Source of the DNA: an uncultured Acidobacteriaceae bacterium
GTDB taxonomy: Bacteria; Acidobacteriota; Terriglobia; Terriglobales; Acidobacteriaceae
Assembly: GCA_963800575.1 (NCBI GenBank)
Contig: CAWDBN010000013.1
Span: 4,497 to 68,496, forward strand
DNA: 64,000 nt
Reading direction: 5' to 3'
The position numbers and the translations under genes are program-made. Below the pieces are notes generated by a model, which was not told where the DNA came from, did no database searches, and saw only the letters and a program-made list of their open reading frames with translations. This document shows, piece by piece, positions 1-10,082 of this stretch (position 1 is its first letter; each line of letters starts with the position of its first letter).

Positions 1-1
1 G

Positions 2-235
2 AGCACAGGCCTTTCCGCTGCTTTGTCTGAGCTGGGGATTTCGCGCCAGAGTGTCGTAGCGATCGGGGATGCAGAAAACGATCATGAATTCTTAAGCGGC
101 TGCGGCTGTTCAGTGGCCGTGGCCAACGCTCTGCTTACGCTCAAGCAACGCGCCGACGTGGTCACCAGTCGCAGTTACGGGGCCGGCGTGACGGAAGTCA
201 TCAACCGATTGATCGACACGGATCGTCTCGGCTGA
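2..235 (+). CDS. HAD-superfamily hydrolase (Cof/HAD-IIB-like sugar phosphatase), C-terminal fragment; the 5' end lies outside the window
   Basis: The frame is open from base 2. The translation ...KGTGLSAALSELGIS..VVAIGDAENDHEFL... carries the HAD motif IV (GDxxND). Stop at 233-235. Confidence 0.6.
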   Translation, partial: STGLSAALSELGISRQSVVAIGDAENDHEFLSGCGCSVAVANALLTLKQRADVVTSRSYGAGVTEVINRLIDTDRLG

Positions 236-2527
236 CTGCTCGTAAGGTGCGGACTTCGACTGCGTTTCCAACCTGTTGGCTGCCTCATCGAGCCGCACTT
301 CGCAAAGTTCTGCAATCAGCGCGCCCGCCCAGCGATAGATGTTGTGTTCTCTCACGACCCGGCGCATGCGCTGCATCCTGATCTTTCGTTCCTCGGTATC
401 CATCTCAAGCGCGAAACGCAGGGCCTCTGCGGTTTGCTCGATGTCGTAGGGGTTGACCAGCAACGCGTCCGGCAACTCGCGGGCGGCGCCGGTGAAGCGG
501 CTCAGGACGAGCACTCCTTGTTCATCCTGGCGTGCGGCCACAAATTCCTTCGCCACCAGGTTCATTCCATCGTGCAGAGAAGTAACCAGGCAAAGATCCG
601 CAGTCCGGTAAAACCGCTGGATTTCGTGGTGGCTGTGCTGCCGTTTCATGAAGACGATGGGCTTCCATTTGCCGGTCTGGAAGCGCCAGTTGATGCGTTC
701 TGCTTCGGACTCCACCTCAGCCAGCAAATCCTGGTAACGCTTGATGTGGGTGCGGCTGGGCGCTCCGATCTGCAAAAACGTAAATTTCTCCCGATAAGCC
801 GGATACTTTTCCAGGAGCCGTTCGATCGCCAGGAAACGCTCCGGAATGCCTTTGGTATAGTCCACGCGATCCACGCCTACCCCCAGGAAAACCGCTTCGA
901 TCCCTAGCTCCCGCAGCAATGCCACCCGTTCCATGTAGACGGATTCCCCGGCTTCAGCCGGAGGATTCTCAGGAAATTCCACACTGATGGGAAATGGTTT
1001 TACCACGGTGCGGTGTTCCTCGCGATTCACCGTGCAATGTTCCCAATCGATACGCGATTCCAACGTGCGATCCACCGTTTGCAGGAAGTTCGTGCAGTGG
1101 GCTTGAATGTGGAAGCCGATCAAGTCCGCTCCCAACAACCCATCCACAAGTTCTCTTTGCCACGGACAAATGCCGAACGCCTCGGGGTTCGGCCACGGGA
1201 TATGCCAGAAGATCGCCACTCGCGCATCCGGACGCGCATCCTTAATCATCCGCGGCAGAAGCGCGAAATGGTAATCCTGTGCCAGCAGCACCGGACAGTC
1301 CATGCCCTCCATCTCTTTCAACACCGCGTCTGCGAACCGGCGGTTGACCCTTTGATAATGCTCCCAGTCAGAGACACGAAACATGGGGCGCGTGTGGGCA
1401 ATATGACAGAGTGGCCAGAGCCCCTCGTTGGCAAAGCCGTAGTAGTATCCTTCCTCTTCTTCCTTGCTGAGCCAGACACGGCGCAACGTGTAGCGGGGAT
1501 CGTCGGGTGGAACGCGCAAGCGGTCATGCTTGTCCACGGTTTCTCGATCCGCATCCCCGCTCCCGTGCGCAACCCAGGTTCCATCACAAGCGCACAAGAC
1601 TGGACCGAGAGCGGTCACCAGACCACTAGCCGGAACGATTGCCTCCACAGACTTGCCCTGGCGTCGATGCATGTAAGGCTCGCGGTTCGCAACTACGAAC
1701 AGGCGGCTTTCCCCTAGTCTGTCGCGAACGTGGACCGAGAGTCGTTCCGCAGTCCAGAAAGCATCGGCGGACTGGCGCAACTGGGCTTCTTTCTCCGCCG
1801 CGGAACGAGCTGCCGTGAGACTCGCGGCGAAGTTTGCCATTTCGTTGGCGAGTGGGCGGAACAAATCCAGATCTGGCAGAGCCGGCCGGAAAGAAGCTTT
1901 GCCCGTGCGCAGCGCCCGCATCCACTGCGCTGCCCGGGCAATGGGTCCCGCAATGCTCCAGCGCACAATCAACAGGGTGGTGAGTGTAATGAGGAAAACG
2001 AGGACGAGCACGCGCAGAAAGGTCTCGCGCCATATCCTCCTGCTTTGGGCGTTGATGTAGCTGGCGTCGTGAACGATCGCTAGCCCACCCACAACCGCGT
2101 CATCCTGGTGCAGAGGGACCGCATAAATATAGACTGGAGCCTCTCCCAGCCGGATGAATTGCCCTGCGCTTTCACCGTTCGTTGCCGCCTGCTGAACCAC
2201 TCCAGGTTCGTTTGTGAGTTGTGGCGCTAGTCCCGGGGTTGTAGCGATCGGCTTGCCTTGCGCGTTATAAATGGCAACGCCAGCCAGATGTTCGCGGATG
2301 CCAAACTGATCAACGATTGTCTGAAGTTCCTTGCGCGAGCCCCTCTTGGGATTGAGATAAGGTTCAACTTTATCCGCAAGACTCTCTCCCAATACTTCCG
2401 CTCGGTGCTCCAGATCGCGGCGCAGTCCAAGCTTCTGAAACCGCACCTCATAAGAAGACGAGAATAGTGAGATCAGCGTGATCCCGACGATCAGCGAGAT
2501 GGTAAGGCGAAGTGTTAGAAGGCGCAC
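110..2527 (-). CDS. otsA: Trehalose-6-phosphate synthase (GT20) with an N-terminal TM, extracytoplasmic sensor, TM and HAMP-like extension
   Basis: 805-aa ORF. The C-terminal ~500 aa show GT20 hallmarks ([59 protein letters not shown]). The N-terminal ~250 aa contain two hydrophobic helices flanking a ~150-aa region, followed by an amphipathic linker. Confidence 0.85.
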   Translation of the reverse strand: MRLLTLRLTISLIVGITLISLFSSSYEVRFQKLGLRRDLEHRAEVLGESLADKVEPYLNPKRGSRKELQTIVDQFGIREHLAGVAIYNAQGKPIATTPGLAPQLTNEPGVVQQAATNGESAGQFIRLGEAPVYIYAVPLHQDDAVVGGLAIVHDASYINAQSRRIWRETFLRVLVLVFLITLTTLLIVRWSIAGPIARAAQWMRALRTGKASFRPALPDLDLFRPLANEMANFAASLTAARSAAEKEAQLRQSADAFWTAERLSVHVRDRLGESRLFVVANREPYMHRRQGKSVEAIVPASGLVTALGPVLCACDGTWVAHGSGDADRETVDKHDRLRVPPDDPRYTLRRVWLSKEEEEGYYYGFANEGLWPLCHIAHTRPMFRVSDWEHYQRVNRRFADAVLKEMEGMDCPVLLAQDYHFALLPRMIKDARPDARVAIFWHIPWPNPEAFGICPWQRELVDGLLGADLIGFHIQAHCTNFLQTVDRTLESRIDWEHCTVNREEHRTVVKPFPISVEFPENPPAEAGESVYMERVALLRELGIEAVFLGVGVDRVDYTKGIPERFLAIERLLEKYPAYREKFTFLQIGAPSRTHIKRYQDLLAEVESEAERINWRFQTGKWKPIVFMKRQHSHHEIQRFYRTADLCLVTSLHDGMNLVAKEFVAARQDEQGVLVLSRFTGAARELPDALLVNPYDIEQTAEALRFALEMDTEERKIRMQRMRRVVREHNIYRWAGALIAELCEVRLDEAANRLETQSKSAPYEQSAETIRVDQSVDDFRHAGPVTATGDHVGALLERKQSVGHGH

Positions 2528-2841
2528 AAATTACCCTGATGCAAATCAAGTACCGCGGTAGTACAAAATCAAACGGCTTGTTATCAGCAGCTTAGAGCCA
2601 ACACGGTGAGCAGCGACGCACTTTGGGTAGGTAAGAAAGACCTCATCTTGAATCGCTCAGACATCGCGGGCTTTAATGGGAGCCTGGAGCATCCAGAGTG
2701 GAACAGGAAAAACTCTAGCGGGCATGCACTCGATTGTCTGTTCAAAAAGGCTCACATTCGACTGGGTCAGGCACTCCTCTCTCACGGGATTTGGAGATCG
2801 AGCAAGCGCGTGCTGGTTGCAAGGGATTTGTGAAATAGGTT

Positions 2842-5800
2842 CTAGTCGGCCGCCATAGTCTGTGCCTCTTGCTCGAGCTGCAGGAGTCGGGGAGCCTCAG
2901 ATGCAGTTTCTCCTCGCAGTTCCGCCTCCAGCGCGGCCAATTGCGCCTCGATTTCTTCAGATGCTTTGCGCTTCCGGATAACCTCCTCGCGGTAGCGGCG
3001 CAAGAAATAATCGATGGTCTCGACGCGAATCCTGATCGAGCCCGTTGGCTTGTTCTCATCCAGATCCTTAAAGCAGAAATAAGGAGTACCAGATTGCTCG
3101 ATAATGCCCTCGACTACGCCATAGATAGGCGCATCGTGGCCGCATTTGAAGCTGGAAACTTCCAGCGCCACCAGGTTTGGATGCCGAGCTGTGAACTTTG
3201 CCGCCCAGACTTTGTGGTTGGTACTGCAGGAATATGAATTCTTCCAGGCATCGGTGATATCGAGCGGGTGACTGATAATGCCGGCACGAACTTCTTCGCC
3301 AAAAAGCCGCTCCAGCAGGTCTTCATCGAGCGGCAAAGTATTTTGCGAGAAGATGGGATAGCCCAACTTCTGGAACTCCTCCATAATCTCGTGATTTAGA
3401 CCGGGATCATGGTGATACGGGCGGCCCAGCATCACAATGCCGATGCGATCTTCGTGTTCCAGTTGATCGAGGACCTGGCGGGCACGATTGCGGATGCTCG
3501 CTTCGTAATCCGCCAGCGCTTTGTAACCGACTTCGACCGCGCGGTCATTCTCTTCCTGTGACAAGCCCAGGATGGGCTGCCAGGCCTGCAGCATCTGGTA
3601 GGCAAACAGTTTGCGGTCGGCAAAGTTGAGGACTGGATCGACGTACTTTACGTTGTGTTCGGCGAACACGTCGTTCTCTTTTGTGAATGCAGCCTTCACC
3701 GTTTCGGGTGTTGCGGTAACCGTTGGGCAAGCGTTCGCGCCTACGATCTTCACCAGCGGTGAAGTCAGAACATCGTACATGGGGAAGAAAATCACATTGA
3801 GCGGTTTCTTGCGATGCTTTTCCTGGATCAGGTTGTACACATGGGAAATTCCGATCTTCGCGGGGAAACACGGATCGATCGCGCCGCGGCTCGCGCCCGC
3901 GCGGTAAAGATCGGAACTGGTGTAGTCGGAATAAATAATGTTCTCGGGCTGCACGCCGAGGCTTTCAAGATATCCATTGAAGAGCGGCGCGTAGGTGTAG
4001 ATGTTGAGAACGCGCGGAATGCCGACGCGGAGCTTCTTGCGATTTTGCATGAGGGGAATGCGTTCTTTGCCTGCCTTGTTCCAGAATGTGGTTACTGGAA
4101 TAGGATCGGCTACACTCTCGGCGTTCACTGGGCGGAACACTTCATGGGCCGCAAAATCAACGAAGTTAGGATATTTATCTTTGATCTCGTCAATTCCCGC
4201 CTTGATATCCTTCATGTCGTTAACATCTTCCACCAGACCTTTTTCGCAAGTAGCGATGATGAGGCGCTGCTCGCCGTGCATCAGCGGGACCTTGGTGACT
4301 TTCTGGATGGGAACGAACGCCAGGTCGTCCTTAGGCACCGTACGAATGTCGATGAAAGTGCGCAGGCAATTGTTCTTGCAAAAATTGCAGCGCGTGCTTT
4401 CGTTGCGCGTGGTGCGGTATTCAATTTTGCGAACCGCCTCCAGCCCGACAAACGATGTCTGCAAGCCGTTACGCCACAACCGGACAGATTCAACCGCAGC
4501 GCCGATGGCCCCGGATTCGCCACAGAATTCGTGGACGATGATTTCGGGTTTTTTGCCCGACGCACGGAAACTGTTATTGATGAAATCGACTTCCGCCTTC
4601 ACCACGGCCATGTTGTTCTGCGTTCCACCCTGCAGAACGAAGCGCGTGCCCAGCGCGGCGAGATTAGGGATGCTGGCCACGTAAAGAAATACGTTCTTCG
4701 GCAGCACAGTCGCGAGGCCAGCCAGAATTTCCTCGGCGCGCCAGCCCTGACGCTGGAAATTGACGATGTCCGATTGCATGAAGACGGCACAGCCATAGCC
4801 GAAAATCGGCATGGATTGCGCGGAAAAGGCCAGGTCGGCGTATTGCTCGACGCTCAATCCAAAACCTTCCGCGGTTGACTGCAAGAAATATCCATTGCCA
4901 GCCGAGCATTGGGTGTTGAGTTTGAAATCTTTGACACGGCCGTTGTGAAGGATGATGATTTTGATGTCTTGCCCACCGACGTCGACGATGACATGCGGAT
5001 CTTCGTAGAATTTGAGAGCCGATTCCGTGTGCGCCACAGTCTCGACCAGCGCTACGTCGGCGTGCAAGACGTCTTTCAGAATATCTTTCGCGTAGCCGGT
5101 GGTCGCAACTCCCAGAACTTCCAGCTTCGCCTTCTGCGCTTCTACCTGGCCGCGCAGGTTCTCAAACATTTCAATGGTGTCCTGAATCGGATTTCCGTTC
5201 GAGAGTTGGTAGGCTTTGCAAAGAATGTCGCCTTTTTCGTCGAGCAACACGGCCTTGGTTGAAGTGGAACCGCCGTCGATGCCGATGAACCCGCCGACCG
5301 TCTGGTTGGTGTGGAACGCCCCGGGCGTGAACTTCTTGCGCCGGTAGGAAACCTTGAACTCATCGAGTTCCGTCTCGCTGCTGGTCAGGCCTTTGGCGCC
5401 GAATTTAGCCTTCTCTTCCTGGCGCCCGTACTCGATGTAGTGCATCAGCTTTTCGTATCCCTGGTAGCAACCGACGCAGTCTTCTTCGCTCTTGCCGAAT
5501 TCAATCGCGCCCATGGCGGCAAAATATTGAGCGTTCTGCGGAACTTTGATCAGGTCTTCCGGCTTTGCGCCGTCGGGAATCGTGACCTTGCGTTCCTGCC
5601 ACATGCGCGGAATATTCGCCTGCCAGGCGTCGCGCATCCCGCGTATAAAGCTGTTGGGACCGCCCAGGAGCAGAACGTGAGGTCGCAGCGTGTGACCACG
5701 GGTGAGGACGCTCAGGTTTTGCAGAACGATGGCTTCGAACAACGAAGCCATCAATTCATCCGACGGAGTGCCAACCTTCTGCAGGCTGTTGATGTCAGTC

Positions 5801-6465
5801 TCGGCGAAGACGCCGCACTTCCCGGCGACTTTATGGAGTTTGATTCCGTGATACTTCTGCTCGCAGAGTTCCAGAGCCGGAATCTTCAGCTTGGCGTTAA
5901 TCTTGTCGATGACCGCGCCAGTGCCGCCGGCGCACTTGTCGTTCATCGAAGGAATTTTCTTCTTGCGGCCGGTTTCGTCATCGTCTTTGAAAACGATGAT
6001 CTTGGCGTCCTGACCGCCGAGTTCGATCACCGAGTAAACTTCCGGGTGCATCTTCTCGACGGCGAGCGAAACCGCCGTGACTTCCTGCACGAACTTGGCG
6101 CCGATCTGATCGGCAATCGCACCGCCGCCGGAACCGGTCATGAACATGCGCGTGTTGTGCCGGTTGATGCCGACTTCTTTCTCGATGCGCCGCAAGAATT
6201 CCAGCGTCTTTTCCGGCTGCTTGGTCTCATGGCGCTGATAGTCCTGCCAAAGCACCTTGTCGGTAGCGGCATCCACGACTGTCGCCTTGACCGTGGTTGA
6301 GCCCACGTCGAGTCCCACCATGAATTCCGTGTGATGATCGTGCGGCTTTTGCGGAGGCGCGGGAGCTATTTGCATTAGCTGCGGCTTCGATTGCTGTCCC
6401 AGATGGTCGTGCATTGTCTCTCCGATAAATCGTAAGAAGCGGTTCTTAATTGCGGTGACCGCCAT
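2842..6465 (-). CDS. Fused double BcrA/BadF/HgdC-type activase ATPase plus HgdA/B-like (BCR/HAD family) dehydratase-like domains
   Basis: 1207-aa ORF with two actin-fold ATPase repeats (GLDVGSTTVK..DKCAGGTG and GIDGGSTSTK..QCSAGNG, the Cys residues of the bridging 4Fe-4S site). The C-terminal half resembles 2-hydroxyacyl-CoA dehydratase subunits (RVGIPRVLNIY.., MLGRPYHHDPGLNH.., SSFKCGHDAP). The true start is possibly ATG 6414 (MHDHLG), preceded by GGAGAG. Confidence 0.85.
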   Translation of the reverse strand: MAVTAIKNRFLRFIGETMHDHLGQQSKPQLMQIAPAPPQKPHDHHTEFMVGLDVGSTTVKATVVDAATDKVLWQDYQRHETKQPEKTLEFLRRIEKEVGINRHNTRMFMTGSGGGAIADQIGAKFVQEVTAVSLAVEKMHPEVYSVIELGGQDAKIIVFKDDDETGRKKKIPSMNDKCAGGTGAVIDKINAKLKIPALELCEQKYHGIKLHKVAGKCGVFAETDINSLQKVGTPSDELMASLFEAIVLQNLSVLTRGHTLRPHVLLLGGPNSFIRGMRDAWQANIPRMWQERKVTIPDGAKPEDLIKVPQNAQYFAAMGAIEFGKSEEDCVGCYQGYEKLMHYIEYGRQEEKAKFGAKGLTSSETELDEFKVSYRRKKFTPGAFHTNQTVGGFIGIDGGSTSTKAVLLDEKGDILCKAYQLSNGNPIQDTIEMFENLRGQVEAQKAKLEVLGVATTGYAKDILKDVLHADVALVETVAHTESALKFYEDPHVIVDVGGQDIKIIILHNGRVKDFKLNTQCSAGNGYFLQSTAEGFGLSVEQYADLAFSAQSMPIFGYGCAVFMQSDIVNFQRQGWRAEEILAGLATVLPKNVFLYVASIPNLAALGTRFVLQGGTQNNMAVVKAEVDFINNSFRASGKKPEIIVHEFCGESGAIGAAVESVRLWRNGLQTSFVGLEAVRKIEYRTTRNESTRCNFCKNNCLRTFIDIRTVPKDDLAFVPIQKVTKVPLMHGEQRLIIATCEKGLVEDVNDMKDIKAGIDEIKDKYPNFVDFAAHEVFRPVNAESVADPIPVTTFWNKAGKERIPLMQNRKKLRVGIPRVLNIYTYAPLFNGYLESLGVQPENIIYSDYTSSDLYRAGASRGAIDPCFPAKIGISHVYNLIQEKHRKKPLNVIFFPMYDVLTSPLVKIVGANACPTVTATPETVKAAFTKENDVFAEHNVKYVDPVLNFADRKLFAYQMLQAWQPILGLSQEENDRAVEVGYKALADYEASIRNRARQVLDQLEHEDRIGIVMLGRPYHHDPGLNHEIMEEFQKLGYPIFSQNTLPLDEDLLERLFGEEVRAGIISHPLDITDAWKNSYSCSTNHKVWAAKFTARHPNLVALEVSSFKCGHDAPIYGVVEGIIEQSGTPYFCFKDLDENKPTGSIRIRVETIDYFLRRYREEVIRKRKASEEIEAQLAALEAELRGETASEAPRLLQLEQEAQTMAAD

Positions 6466-6504
6466 CTCGCCGGCAAATGTTTACCGGCGAGATGGCAGTG
6501 AGTC

Positions 6505-8289
6505 TTACGCGGCGTTTGGCACGGCGATGCCGGGAACGCGCGAGCGCTTCCACAGCCGAGTGCTCTTATCCATGCGATCGCTCACGTGCAAAATGAACTG
6601 CGCGGCAGTTCCGGCAACGCCCTCGCGATGCGGAACATGGTAGAAGGGCCGGCGCAGCTCAGGATGCTCGGCGATGTATTCCCGGATTTCGTCCAAACTC
6701 TTGCCTGTGGATTTCAGGCATTGTTCGAACTCGGTCTTGGCTTTCACTTTGGCCTCGCCCAGCGCCATTTGTACGCGGCTGTGGGCGTTCACTTCGCCTT
6801 CGCCGGAGGTTTCGATCGGCAGGAAGATCATGTCCTTAAACTTGTTGACCACCGCCGACTGCACTCCATCGGACTGCGAAGAAGGCATGCAGCCAAAAGG
6901 CTTCAGAGCCAGCACCATGTGGCACAGCTTGTGCACGGTGTAGTAAACGTTCTTGCCTACTTCAAGGTGTCCCTCACCGCCGCGGGCGAACTGGTTGTAG
7001 AAAGGGTGAGCCATTTCGGCCAACTCGGTCTGCGGCACCAGGTGGTGCGTAATGCCACCCATGTTCTTGATGGTGCGGTGGTAGAAATACTTCCAGGCGC
7101 CTTCCCCAAAACCAATGCCCCAGAGTTTCTTGTGCAAGCCGAAGTAGTTCGCTAAATTCTTCTTTAGTTCATACCATTCTGGATTGCGGTGCGGGCGATT
7201 CACCGGCCACTTCGCAATCGCGTGCGCCTTTGCCTGATACATCAGGTAAGCCACCCAGGTAGCAATCGGTTCCACGATTACCTGGGCGCCTTCGCGCTCA
7301 AGAAAGTTGAACATGTGGAAGTTGCCATCGCCCTCTGTGATCTGCGCCCAGAATTCGCCCGTGATCTTTACGACTGGCTTAACCTTGGTGCGGTCCACTT
7401 CGATGCGATTCACGCGGTCGCGGGCGGTATGCAGAGCATCGAGATAGTCCTTGCCCCACATGTGCTCGTGCATCTTGCCAAAAACATTGGCAGTGTTTCT
7501 GAGCACTTTGTTGCTCTTGAACTTCGGCTTAAGCCAATTCGGTGCTCGCTGCTCAATCTCGAAAGAATCGCGATTCCTGAGATCCTCGCAAAGTCCATCG
7601 ACCATTTCCCGGAACACGCGGTCGGTTTCGCCTTTGTTCACTTCAAACGGGCGGATCTGATAGATCATGTCGTTGATCACGTCGCCGAGATGCATGGCAT
7701 TCAGCATCCCGAAGCCGAAATCAATCGTAAATTTCAGGCCGGGCTCGCCCGAGGCGGCTTTAATCCCGTCACTGTCTTTGAACAGCAGGACGCGAAAACC
7801 GTCGAAGCCAGCGTTCTTCAGCGCGAAGCGATATTCCGCCTCGTACATTCCGAAGCGGCATGGACCGCAGGAACCAGCGGTGAAGAAGACGAAGTTGTTC
7901 AGAATGTTCTCTCGCGAGAGCCCTTCCTTCTCCAAGAACTGAAGGTACTGCACGAGATTGCCCACGGTGAAGTAGGTCGGATTACATTGGCCGTTGTTTC
8001 CAAACTCCTTGCCGGTCTGGAAGGCCGCGACATTGGGAACGGGAAGTTTTTCGCAGCGGTAGCCACAACCCTGAAAGACGGCACGAATCAGATCCTCATG
8101 CTTCCAGGTAAAGCCGCCAAACAGAATCGTGACACGATTCCGTTCCTCGGCTGTGAACGCTCTCTCAACAGGACGGTGAAAATGTGTGGGCTGGTCCAAA
8201 CCAGCGATCTTGCGGAGTCGGTTGCGCTCGGCTTCCAGGCGCTGCTTGATTTCTTCGTCATTGTCGATTTGCACAAGATTGGTCGCCAT
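6505..8289 (-). CDS. Acyl-CoA dehydratase activase-related protein (DUF2229/HgdB-like), partner of the fused activase
   Basis: 594-aa ORF with motifs GNNGQCNPTYFTVGNL and GSCGPCRFGMYEAEY, typical of the activase-associated family. It lies 39 bp upstream of 2842-6465 on the same strand. Confidence 0.8.
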   Translation of the reverse strand: MATNLVQIDNDEEIKQRLEAERNRLRKIAGLDQPTHFHRPVERAFTAEERNRVTILFGGFTWKHEDLIRAVFQGCGYRCEKLPVPNVAAFQTGKEFGNNGQCNPTYFTVGNLVQYLQFLEKEGLSRENILNNFVFFTAGSCGPCRFGMYEAEYRFALKNAGFDGFRVLLFKDSDGIKAASGEPGLKFTIDFGFGMLNAMHLGDVINDMIYQIRPFEVNKGETDRVFREMVDGLCEDLRNRDSFEIEQRAPNWLKPKFKSNKVLRNTANVFGKMHEHMWGKDYLDALHTARDRVNRIEVDRTKVKPVVKITGEFWAQITEGDGNFHMFNFLEREGAQVIVEPIATWVAYLMYQAKAHAIAKWPVNRPHRNPEWYELKKNLANYFGLHKKLWGIGFGEGAWKYFYHRTIKNMGGITHHLVPQTELAEMAHPFYNQFARGGEGHLEVGKNVYYTVHKLCHMVLALKPFGCMPSSQSDGVQSAVVNKFKDMIFLPIETSGEGEVNAHSRVQMALGEAKVKAKTEFEQCLKSTGKSLDEIREYIAEHPELRRPFYHVPHREGVAGTAAQFILHVSDRMDKSTRLWKRSRVPGIAVPNAA

Positions 8290-8753
8290 TATCTTCCTCC
8301 GGCGTATGCAGTGTTTTTGGGTTTTGGTGAGAGAACGCGGACAGATGAAAGGTTGTCCGGGTTGTCGTGAGAAAAGTTGGAGAAGCAGAAGTTAGAGAAG
8401 CAGAAAAGGGCAGACCCATGCGCGCTCTTGGCGGAGCGCTTCGGAACCTGGGATGTAGGGCCACCGGAAACTCCTAAAGCGTGTTACGGAGGTTCGATGT
8501 TTTACGCCCGGCGAGAAACGTTCAGAACGAATCTCGGCAGGGCACCGGATTGGCTAAAGATCACCCATTCCCGTCTTTCGCAAGCGGGAAAACGCCCCGG
8601 TTCTGCAAGACCCAATAAAGTCGCCGCAGTTATCAGAAGCTGGCACTCACTTCCGGAAGAACTACGCGCAGGCTGCTCGGCAGCCGCCAGCTACATTTCT
8701 AATCTTTTTAGCAGAAACCCGGGTTGTGATTCAAGTCAGAACAGAGGAAAAGC

Positions 8754-10073
8754 TTATGCGGCGAATTCCACCTTCTTCAATCCGGGAGCGAGCCCGCACA
8801 GAACCATCAGAGCAAGCAGATAAGCGCTGGATGCGATGCCGAACAGGATCCCATAACTGTGAGTCAGTTGCAGAATGTGGCCAGCAAAGAAAGCGAAAAG
8901 TGCGCTGCCCAAAGATCCAGCCATACCGCCGATGCCGACCACTGCGCCCACGGCACTGCGGGGGAACATGTCCGACGATGTTGTGAAGAGATTGGCGGAC
9001 CAGCCTTGATGTGCACCTGCGGCAACGCCGATCAGCGCGATGGCGCTCCACAACGACTTGACACTTGCAGCCGTGAAAATGGGAAGAACCAGCGACGCGC
9101 AGACGAGCATCGCTGCAAGGCGTGCATAGTTCGGCGACAGTCCGAGACGACGGAAGGGCGCGGGCAGCCAGCCTCCGCCGATACTGCCGATCGCCGAAAC
9201 GTTATAGACCAGAATGAGTGGCAGACCAAGGTGCGAGAGGTTCAGATTGAATTTCGCGCTAAAGTAAGACGGAAGCCAGAATAAATAAAACCACCAGATC
9301 GGATCGGTGAGGAACTTAGCGGCAGAATAGCCCCACGTCTGGCGGCAACGCAGCAATCGCCGCCAAGGCACTGAGGGACCCAGGTCCTCGGACGCCTCCT
9401 GATAAATGTGCCGCAGTTCCCTGGCAGTCAGCGTTGGATGGTCGGTCGGTCTGCGGTAATAGAGAAACCACCAAAGAATCCAGAGCACGCTGAAGAGGCC
9501 AGTAGTGAGAAAGGCCACGTGCCACCCCCAGCGCAGCGTGACCCAGGGCACGACGGCAGGAGCTAGAATCGCTCCAACATTTGCGCCGGAGTTGAAGATG
9601 CCCGTTGCCAGCGAGCGCTCGTTTTGCGGAAACCACTCGGCTATCGTCTTGATCGCAGCGGGGAAGTTGCCGGATTCGCCGAGTCCGAGGAAGAAGCGGG
9701 CAAACCCAAACTCCAGCACCGTGTTGGCCAGCGCGTGTCCCATTGCGGAGAGGCTCCAAGTCGCCATCACCAACATGTAGCCGATGCGCGTGCCCAGCTT
9801 GTCGATGAGCCGGCCGCCGGCCAGCAAGCCAATCGCATAAGCGATTTGGAACGCATCCACAATGTAGCCGTAACTTACTTCCGTCATGCCGATACTGCGC
9901 TCGAGGGTCGGCTTGAGGATCGCGATTACCTGGCGGTCCATGTAATTGATCGAGGTGGCGGCGAACAGCATGGCGCAAATGGTCCAGCGCACTCCGCCGA
10001 GCCCCGCGCGTAGAGCAGGCCCGGGTGATGAACCGCCTTCCGTCTGGTTGTCGAAAGTCACCGTATCCGCCAT
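8754..10073 (-). CDS. exuT: MFS transporter, hexuronate (ExuT)-like
   Basis: 439 aa with about 12 predicted TM helices and the MFS motif INYMDRQ near TM1. It starts 9 bp downstream of uxaC on the same strand. Confidence 0.75.
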   Translation of the reverse strand: MADTVTFDNQTEGGSSPGPALRAGLGGVRWTICAMLFAATSINYMDRQVIAILKPTLERSIGMTEVSYGYIVDAFQIAYAIGLLAGGRLIDKLGTRIGYMLVMATWSLSAMGHALANTVLEFGFARFFLGLGESGNFPAAIKTIAEWFPQNERSLATGIFNSGANVGAILAPAVVPWVTLRWGWHVAFLTTGLFSVLWILWWFLYYRRPTDHPTLTARELRHIYQEASEDLGPSVPWRRLLRCRQTWGYSAAKFLTDPIWWFYLFWLPSYFSAKFNLNLSHLGLPLILVYNVSAIGSIGGGWLPAPFRRLGLSPNYARLAAMLVCASLVLPIFTAASVKSLWSAIALIGVAAGAHQGWSANLFTTSSDMFPRSAVGAVVGIGGMAGSLGSALFAFFAGHILQLTHSYGILFGIASSAYLLALMVLCGLAPGLKKVEFAA

Positions 10074-10082
10074 GCCGCGCTC

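Noticed and set aside
8290-8753. A 464-bp intergenic region with a 148-aa ORF (8377-8823), a short direct repeat (agaagcagaag.. x2) and an AACCCGGGTT palindrome. I considered it as a possible hidden gene or ncRNA.
   Set aside because: The ORF translation has no protein-like features and overlaps the exuT 3' end. I recognise no riboswitch or sRNA signature, and the palindrome lacks a U-tract in either orientation. It is left unannotated.
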